This document shows positions 54,002 to 64,000 of a stretch of 64,000 nt of DNA, piece by piece. The position numbers and the translations under genes are program-made. The notes under the pieces are model-generated. The model did not search any database. It was not told where the DNA came from and worked only from the letters and a program-made list of their open reading frames with translations. Each line of letters begins with the position of its first letter. Position 1 is the stretch's first letter. Source of the DNA: Eledone cirrhosa (lineage: Eukaryota); contig OZ024764.1 in the NCBI GenBank assembly GCA_964016885.1, positions 13,702,001 through 13,766,000 of the forward strand. Direction: 5' to 3'.

Positions 54002-55795
54002 CAGAGCTGTGATCTCAATCCAGAGATTCTTTCCTGAGACATTCTAACCACATGTCTGTAGTATCAGAGCTGTGATCTCTCAATTCAGAGATTCTTTCCT
54101 GAGACATTCTAACCACATGTCTGTAGTATCAGAGCTGTGATCTCTCAATTCAGAGATTCTTTCCTGAGACATTCTAACCCCATGTCTGTAGTATCAGAGC
54201 TGTGATCTCTCAATTCAGAGATTCTTTCCTGAGATATTCTAACCACATGTCTGTAGTATCAGAGCTGTGATCTCAATCCAGAGATTCTTTCCTGAGACAT
54301 TCTAACCACATGTCTGTAGTATCAGAGCTGTGATCTCAATCCAGAGATTCTTTCCTGAGACATTCTAACCACATGTCTGTAGTATCAGAGCTGTGATCTC
54401 TCAATTCAGAGATTCTTTCCTGAGACATTCTAACCACATGTCTGTAGTATCAGAGCTGTGATCTCTCAATTCAGAGATTCTTTCCTGAGACATTCTAACC
54501 CCATGTCTGTAGTATCAGAGCTGTGATCTCTCAATTCAGAGATTCTTTCTTGAAACATTCTAACTACATGTCTGTAGTATCAGAGCTGTGATCTCTCAAT
54601 TTAGAGGTTCTTTCCTGAGACATTCTATCCACATGTCTGTAGTATCAGAGCTGTGATCTCTCAATTCAGAGATTCTTTCCTGAGACATTCTACCCACATG
54701 TCTGTAGTATCAGAGCTGTGATCTCTCAATCCTGAGATTCTTTCCTGAGACATTCTAACCACAAGTCTGTAGTATCAGAGCTGTGATCTCTCAATTTAGA
54801 GGTTCTTTCCTGAGACATTCTATCCACATGTCTGTAGTATCAGAGCTGTCATCTCTCAATTTAGAGGTTCTTTCCTGAGACATTCTATCCACATGTCTGT
54901 AGTATCAGAGCTGTGATCTCTCAATTCAGAGATTCTTTCTTGAGACATTCTAACCACATGTCTGTAGTATCAGAGCTGTGATCTCTCAATCCAGAGATTC
55001 TTTCTTGAGACATTCTAACCACATGTCTGTAGTATCAGAGCTGTGATCTCTCAATTCAGAGATTCTTTCCTGAGACATTCCAACCACATGTCTGTAGTAT
55101 CAGAGCTGTGATCTCTCAATTCAGAGATTCTTTCCTGAGACATTCTAACCACATGTCTGTAGTATCAGAGCTGTGATCTCTCAATTTAGAGGTTCTTTCC
55201 TGAGACATTCTATCCACATGTCTGTAGTATCAGAGCTGTCATCTCTCAATTTAGAGGTTCTTTCCTGAGACATTCTATCCACATGTCTGTAGTATCAGAG
55301 CTGTGATCTCTCAATTCAGAGATTCTTTCTTGAAACATTCTGACTACATGTCTGTAGTATCAGAGCTGTGATCTCTCAATTTAGAGGTTCTTTCCTGAGA
55401 CATTCTATCCACATGTCTGTAGTATCAGAGCTGTGATCTCTCAATTCAGAGATTCTTTCCTGAGACATTCTAACCACATGTCTGTAGTATCAGAGCTGTG
55501 ATCTCTCAATTCAGAGCTGTGATCTCTCAATTCAGAGATTCTTTCCTGATACATTCTAACCACTTGTCTGTAGTATCAGAGCTGTGATCTCTCAATTCAG
55601 AGATTCTTTCCTGAGACATTCTAACCACATGTCTGTAGTATCAGAGCTGTGATCTCTCAATTCAGAGATTCTTTCCTGAGACATTCTATCCACATGTCTG
55701 TAGTATCAGAGCTGTGATCTCTCAATTCAGATTCTTTCCTGAGACATTCTAACCACATGTGTGTAGTATCTGAGCTGTGATGTCTCAATTCAGAG
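54002..55795. repeat. 65 bp minisatellite (with 63 bp variants), ~27 copies
   Basis: Unit GTATCAGAGCTGTGATCTCTCAATTCAGAGATTCTTTCCTGAGACATTCTAACCACATGTCTGTA. Confidence 0.95.
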
Positions 55796-56743
55796 AAGTA
55801 GCGGCTCAACCTGAAGTGACTCTCTCTATTTCTTATTAATTTTGAAAATTTAAAAGTAATTTGAGCTTATGTAATCAGGTTAGTCATCATTAACGAACTT
55901 TAATTAATTATTTTGCTGAGCTTAATTGTATTTTTTATATGGCTAGGAATTGTATAATATGATTAACAAAGAAAATGTGGATTGTGTATGTATGTACATA
56001 TGCACATATAATATATAAACGTATATATATGGTATGGTAATGTATATCTATCTATTTATCCATACATCTACACACTCATACATACATACATACATATCTA
56101 TTTGTGTGTGTGTGTGTGAAATATTGGTATATGAATATATTTACATATACAAGTATATATATAAATCTATCTATATATGTGTGTATATATCTGTTTATAT
56201 ATATATTTCTATATATGTGTATATATATATATATTTATATATATATATATAATTGTTTCTACATTTGGCACAAGGCCAGCAATTACCCAGTGCATTACTG
56301 GTACTTTATTTTATCGACCCCGTAAGGATGAAAGGCAAAGTTAACCTCGATGGGATTTGAACTCAGACTGTAAAGGGACGTAACTATGCTAGAAAACATG
56401 GCGTCCAACTCTCCACCGATACTGCCAATTCACCGCCGTTATATATATATAAGGTTAACTTTGCCTTTCATCCTTACGGGGTCGATAAAATAAAGTACCA
56501 GTAATGTACTGGGTAATTGCTGGCCTTGTGCCTAAAGTAGAAACAGTTATATATATATAATGAGATTCAAATGTGATTTCCATATTTAATACGCATTTTA
56601 CATGTGTTAAATTACTTGTGTATATTTATATATACATATTTTTTTCTTCTTTTAAACTCTAAATCGTAAGATATACATACATGCATATACAACTTATATA
56701 TATATATATATATATATAGATACACTTATATTTACAAATATAC

Positions 56744-56784
<41 letters not shown>

Positions 56785-56810
56785 AATGTATATGTAAGTA
56801 TATAAATGTA

Positions 56811-56842
<32 letters not shown>

Positions 56843-56949
56843 CATATATACACATATATGATATGCTTATATATTATAGATACGTGTAAACTTTCAAATC
56901 AAAAGGAAGAATCAACACCTATCGATATACAAAGGAATAGTTTATTTTA

Positions 56950-56999
<50 letters not shown>

Positions 57000-57139
57000 A
57001 ATGTATATATATATGTATATATATATATATATTTATGTATGAATGTATATATATGTATATATATATATAACAAGGCAGGCCACGAACTGAAACTAGTTAA
57101 AAAAAAAAAAAATTAATACATTTTGAAAATAATCCCGAC

Positions 57140-57180
<41 letters not shown>

Positions 57181-57208
57181 CATATATATGTATAAAAACA
57201 AACACACT

Positions 57209-57246
<38 letters not shown>

Positions 57247-57267
57247 TACACACATGTATGGATAAAA

Positions 57268-57317
<50 letters not shown>

Positions 57318-58917
57318 AATATCTATACACACGTGTATGGATAAAAACACACACACACACACACACATATATATATGTATATATGTATATATATATATGT
57401 GTGTGTGTGTATTCACGAACCACTAAAGAAAAATTATCTATGAAAGTGCATTAAGTTTCGACAAGTACAGCACCTACACCACCACCTACAACAACACCTA
57501 CACCTACACCAACACCACCACCAACACTAACACCAACACCACCACCTACACCAACACCACCACCTACACCAACACCACCACCTACACCACCACCTACACC
57601 AACACCACCACCTACACCACCACCTACACCACCACCACCACCTACACCACCACCACCACCTACACCAACACCACCACCAACTGCACTACTACCACCCCCT
57701 ACACCAACACCACCACCAACTGCACTACTACCACCCCCTATACCACCAACAACAACTATTCAGCAACAGCCCCACCACCAACATACCACCACCATACCAA
57801 CAACAACTACAGCACCAACAGCACCACCACTACCACCACCACTACCACCTACACCACTACCACTACAAGCAGCACTACCACCTACACCACAACCACTACC
57901 ACTACCACTACCACCACTACCACTACCACCACCACTACCACCGCCACTACCACCACTACCACCACCACCACCACTACCACCACCACTACCACCACCACCA
58001 CCACCACTACCACTACCACCACCACTACCACCACCACTACCACTACCACCATCACCACCGCTACCACCACCACCATCACCACCACCACCACCACCACCAC
58101 CACCACCACCACTACCACCACCACTACCACCACTACCACCACTACTACCACTACCACCACTACTACCCCCCCCCCCCCCCCCCACTACCACTACCACCAC
58201 TACCACTACCACCACTACCACCACCACTACACCCCCCAACCACCACTACCACCACCACCACTACCACCACCAACACCCCCCCACCACATCAGCAACAATA
58301 AAATTATCTAAAAAGCTGCCATGTAAGAATCTTCTAGATGTGTGAGGAATATTCTCTTGGATTTCCTTCCTTCTTACCATTTCTATATGTTGAGGATATC
58401 CGACTGGTGGCGGTGTGGTGTGGTAGTGTGGTGTGTATAATTGCGTGGTGGTGTGGTGGTATGGTGTCATGAGTGTGGTTGTGGTGGTGTGGTAGTGTTG
58501 GTGTGGTGGTTGTGGTGTGGCTTTCTGTGTGATGTGTGTTGGTGTGATGTGGTGTGGTGTTATGTGTATGGTGGTATGGTGTGGTGTGGTTATGTGTATG
58601 GTGGTGTGATGTGGTGTTGTGGTGTGGTGTGGTGTTATGTGTATGGTGGTATGGTGTGGTGTGGTTATGTGTATGGTGGTGTGATGTGGTGTTGTGGTGT
58701 TATGTGTATGGTGGTATGGTGTGGTGTGGTTATGTGTATGGTGGTGTGATGTGGTGTTGTGGTGTGGTGTTATGTGTATGGTAGTGGTGTGGTTGTGTGG
58801 TGTTGCCATGTGTATGATGATGGTGGTGGTGTGGGGTGGAGTACTTGATACTTTGGGTTAGTTCAGAACTAGCTGGCGAAAGGGCCGGAGCTCAGCCGTC
58901 GGGGTCCTGACTCTTTT

Positions 58918-58952
<35 letters not shown>

Positions 58953-58973
58953 TGTTTATACTTAATATAAAAA

Positions 58974-59026
58974 TGACTTCTACAGGACTAGAACTGTTTC
59001 ATTCTGGAGAAATCATCAGGAAGCCA
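58974..59026 (-). ncRNA. Intact type I HHR (family A)
   Basis: TGGCTTC-CTGATGA-TTTCTCCAGAAT-GAA-ACAG-TTCTAGTC-CTGT-A-GAAGTCA; helix I differs in sequence from the 46 kb copy but still pairs. Confidence 0.85.
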
Positions 59027-59649
59027 GGGCTAATCCTGGAGAAGCCATTTCTATATTAAATATTTATACTCTATGTATTGAGTACCTTATCTACTGTGGT
59101 TACCCCCAATTGAACCCGGGATAAACTTATATATATAGTAATTGTTTCTACTTTAGGCACAAGGCCAGCAAATACCCAGTGCATTACTGGTACTTTATTT
59201 TATCGACCCCGTAAGGATGAAAGGCAAAGTCAACTTCGGCGGGATTTGAACTCAGATCGTAAAGAGACTTAACTCTATGCTGGCAAGCATGGCGTCCGAC
59301 CCTCTACCGACTCTGCCAATCCACCGCCCTATATATATATATCGTAATAATAATAAATTTGAAGACTAAAATCGAAAGAGGGCGCGATAAGGATAAATAT
59401 ATATAAGATATATAAGAACCGTAGAGCAAATATTTATTAAAATATATATATATAATGGAGGAAGTGTGGTAAGGAACCAGGTGGACCATATCGCACCAAA
59501 GTAGTCGATATTTTGGGTAGTAGAGTGGGTAATAGGAAAATAGTAAGAACCCCGACGGCAGAGCTCAAGTCGATTCGACAGCTATTTCTGGAGTCCAGAA
59601 ATAGCTGTCGAAACGACTTGAACTCTGACGTCCGGGTTCTGTCTATTTT

Positions 59650-59689
<40 letters not shown>

Positions 59690-59693
<4 letters not shown>

Positions 59694-60315
59694 TAAAGTT
59701 AGTCCTTCATCAGTGATCTTCCAACCATCATTGGTATTTCATCGCTTTAAAGACCATATACCTCCGGTTTGTGCGAGCAACGGCTAAAACTAGTCGTTGG
59801 GACACGTAAATAAAGGGGACGCGAGTATAAACAACAAAAATGGTGAAGCAACGAAAAGTGAGGAAGATGAAGTCAAGTCCCAAATTTCTATGAATTTAAA
59901 TTCGGTGAAATCGTGAACGAGAGAGAATAAAGACCATCAAACCTGGTTGGAATGTGAGCAAGGAAGGAATTCCGTACAGGTCTAACGGGAGGAAGAAGGG
60001 ATCTAGTCTGTGATTTCGGTGAACGTGAGTTCTATGAAATCGTAGACGAGAGATCACCGAATTTAAATTCATAGAAATTTGGGTCTTGACTTCATCTTCC
60101 TCACTTTTCGTTGCTTCACCATCTTTGTTTGTTTACACTCTCGCTGTCCCCTTTATTTACGTGTCCCAACGACTTTTTTTAGCCGTTGCTCGCACCAACC
60201 GGAGGTATATGGTCTTTAAAGCGATGAAATACCAATGATGGTTGGAAGATCACTGATGAAGGACTAACTTTATTCATATGTAACCCATTAGCAACGCCGC
60301 AGCACGTTTATTTTC
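59690..60315. mobile_element. ~600 bp foldback element in (TA)n (arms ~220 bp); single-arm copy at 49430-49632
   Basis: 59690-59908 is the reverse complement of 60054-60277. Confidence 0.85.
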
Positions 60316-60346
<31 letters not shown>

Positions 60347-60521
60347 CTACAAGTGGTACCCGGCGTTGCACGGGATAAGGTATTTTGGAACGCGGGCCGC
60401 CAACAGACCTAATCGTGGAAAAACTGCATGCCTAGACAATAGTGAAAATAAACCGATTACTCTGATGTTTGGATAATCTTTAACATTTTCTTCGATAAAT
60501 CCACACTCCATACACAAAAAA

Positions 60522-60574
<53 letters not shown>

Positions 60575-61806
60575 GGCACACAGATCTCTATATACATATA
60601 TATACACACATACAGACACACAGACCTATATATATACATATATATACACACACAGACACACAGGCCTATATATACATATATATACACACACACACACACA
60701 GACCTATATATATATACATATATATACACACATACAGGCACACAGACCTATATATACATATATATATACACACAGACACACAAACCTATATATACATATA
60801 TATATACACACACACACACACACAGACCTATATATACATATATATACACACAGACCTCTATATATATACATATATATACACACACAGACACACAGGCCTA
60901 TATATACATATATATACACACACACAGACACAGACCTATATATACATATATATACACACAGACCTCTATATATATACATATATATACACACACAGACACA
61001 CAGGCCTATATATACATATATATACACACACACACACACAGACCTATATATACATATATATACACACAGACCTCTATATATATACATATATATACACACA
61101 CAGACACACAGGCCTATATATACATATATATACACACACACAGACACAGACCTATATATACATATATATACACACAGACCTCTATATATATACATATATA
61201 TACACACACAGACACACAGGCCTATATATACATATATATACACACACACAGACACACAGACCTATATATATATATATATACACACATACCTCTATATATA
61301 TACATATATACACACACACAGACACACAGGCCTATATATATATATATACATATATAGACACACACACACACACAGACCTATATATACATATATATATACA
61401 CACACAGACACACAGACCTATATATATATACATATATATATACACACACAGGCACACAGACCTATATATACATATATATATATACACACACAGGCACACA
61501 GACCTATATATACATACATATATATACACACACACAGACCTATATATATACATATATACACACACACAGACACACAGGCCTATATATACATATATATATA
61601 CACACACACACACAGAGCTATATATATATATACACACACACATACACACATATTATACACGCCCCAGACATTATACACACGTTTAATTAGGAAATGAGAA
61701 AGTTCCAGCTATGATTACAAAACATTGATGAAATCAGGAGGGAGAAATCATTTATTTCTGTAGGATAATCTCTTTAATTCTCCGACTTCAAAACCAACGG
61801 CTCATG

Positions 61807-61874
<68 letters not shown>

Positions 61875-62066
61875 TGTGTTTATTTGTATGTGCGGGTGTT
61901 TACAATTATGCGTATAGATGTGTATATATATATTCAGACACGCATTCACACACATGTGTGTGTATGTGTGCTTGTTGAAATGTATGTGCGTATGTTCACA
62001 CAAAAACGCACAGATACAAACACAAACTTAGTTGTGAGTTTGTCTACAAATATGTGTGATTTTATG

Positions 62067-62127
<61 letters not shown>

Positions 62128-62251
62128 TGTATATATATATATATATATATAGATATATAGATATACACACATCTATACATCTCTTTCAAAATATCTCTTT
62201 CTCTCTAACGGAAATTCTAGCTAGTTATCCTTTCCATGTATCCATCCATTG

Positions 62252-62282
<31 letters not shown>

Positions 62283-62433
62283 TGTATGTATGTATGTATG
62301 TATGTATGTATGTATGTATGTATAAATATGTGTGTGTGTGTGGGACGGGGGGTGTCAGCCTCAGAAGATTGATTTCGAAAAATGGTAATCAATTACAACT
62401 TCGATTTTACTCAGCATTATTATCTATATACAA

Positions 62434-62480
<47 letters not shown>

Positions 62481-63173
62481 TATAAATATATACATACACA
62501 TATATATATATATATATATACACATATATATAGATATACATATATAGATATATATATACATATATATATATATACATATATATAGATATACATATATAGA
62601 TATACACATATATATATATATATATACATATATATACATATATATATATAATTGTTTCTACTTTTGGCACAAGGCCAGCTTTTACCCAGTACATTACTGG
62701 TACTTTATTTTATCGACCCCCCGCCCCCGTATGGATGAAAGGCAAAGTTAACCTCGGCGGGATTTGAACTCAGATCGTAAAGGGACGTAACTATGCTGGA
62801 AAGCATGTCCGACCCTCTACTGATACTGCCATCGAAGTTTAGCTGCAGTACAGCAGGTATAATTTGATTTGTTTTGAGGCAATCACAGAGCACTCAATGG
62901 ATCGAAAGTTGAAAACGTTACGCAACAGTTATGACTTCATCAGACAGCTAAACATTTATATATATATATATTTATATATGAAAAGATTCAGGACTCCGAC
63001 GCCTGAGCTCCGGCGGTTTCGACATCTATATAAATATATATGTATATACATATATATATATATATATACATGCATGTATATACATATACATGTATATACA
63101 TATACATGTATATACATGTATATGTATATACATGTATATGTATATACATATATATACATATACATGTATATAC

Positions 63174-63205
<32 letters not shown>

Positions 63206-63264
63206 GAATACATATGCATGTATATACATATAAAAAAGTTAGATAGGAGATAATAGGAAATTTT

Positions 63265-63319
<55 letters not shown>

Positions 63320-63512
63320 GCGCAAATAAATCTGTATATATCTATCTATACATTAAAACCACATATATATTAGGTCATCAAGTATGAAATTTGTAGAAAT
63401 TGTTTTGTTTTTTCTACAAATTTCATAACTGACGACTAAATATATACACTCACACACATATACACATATTTGCATATAAATCTGTATCTATCTATATAGA
63501 CAGACACACACA

Positions 63513-63563
<51 letters not shown>

Positions 63564-63734
63564 ACACACACAGACACACACACACATATACATGTATAAT
63601 CTGTTTGTAGACAGGGTCATATATTGAATTACGTGGCCATTTTGATTGAAATACACATCTACTGATGTAACATATATATATACACACACACATATATATA
63701 TATACATATACATAAATACACATACATATATATA

Positions 63735-63812
<78 letters not shown>

Positions 63813-63873
63813 GGTAGACAAACGCTAGATTAACACTATTTCTCTCTTTTTCTTGCTCCCTGTCTCTCTCTCT

Positions 63874-63925
<52 letters not shown>

Positions 63926-64000
63926 TTGTATATATATATACACATGCACACACACACATTCACATGTACATATGAACAGATAAGAGAACATAATTACACT

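Larger units (their letters stand above)
46490..58840. repeat. CAC/GGT low-complexity tracts: 46490-47260, 52200-52690, 52795-53310, 57470-58290, 58410-58840 (also 43830-44100); CT-rich tract 53340-53760
   Basis: Direct inspection. Confidence 0.95.

Noticed and set aside
54002-55795. Hammerhead-like fold (CTGATAC..GAAA) or coding repeat (DMWLECLRKES) on the minus strand of the 65 bp unit
   Set aside because: The core is not CTGANGA and helices I and III are out of register. The 65 bp period breaks the frame and the upstream acceptor is weak.
60010-60074. GIY-YIG-like ending REFYEIV..PNLN*
   Set aside because: It spans the foldback junction at ~60053, so the reading is probably accidental.
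62838-62952. Minus-strand CTGATGA with pairable ends (TTAGCTGT/GCAGCTAA); similar weak cases at ~29550, ~45565 and ~61725
   Set aside because: No correctly placed GAAA/helix III or helix I; too decayed to call.

Overview
Eukaryotic, extremely microsatellite-rich DNA that looks like coleoid cephalopod, most likely Octopus (inferred from the SINE repertoire and TA/CA/CAC tract density). Nearly all long ORFs in the track are microsatellite artefacts. Recognisable content includes about 25 copies of a tRNA-derived SINE, a second SINE family, RTE and CR1 LINE 3' fragments, a Tc1/mariner transposase relic, non-autonomous Helitrons, MITEs and four minisatellite arrays. Two promoter plus first-exon candidates lie at about 2.9-3.06 kb and 29.15-29.3 kb; I could not identify the genes. 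The main hidden signal is a dense set of type I hammerhead ribozyme (HHR) motifs: about 15 complete or near-complete, plus many partial ones, from roughly 10 sequence families. They sit in short Penelope-like (pLTR-type) elements inserted into (TA)n tracts, often as inverted pairs. Notable cases are an HHR family with a conserved extended helix II and a possibly ancestral CCGANGA core, a SINE-HHR chimeric foldback, and a triplicated retrozyme-like unit. All RNA folds were derived by eye and are untested.
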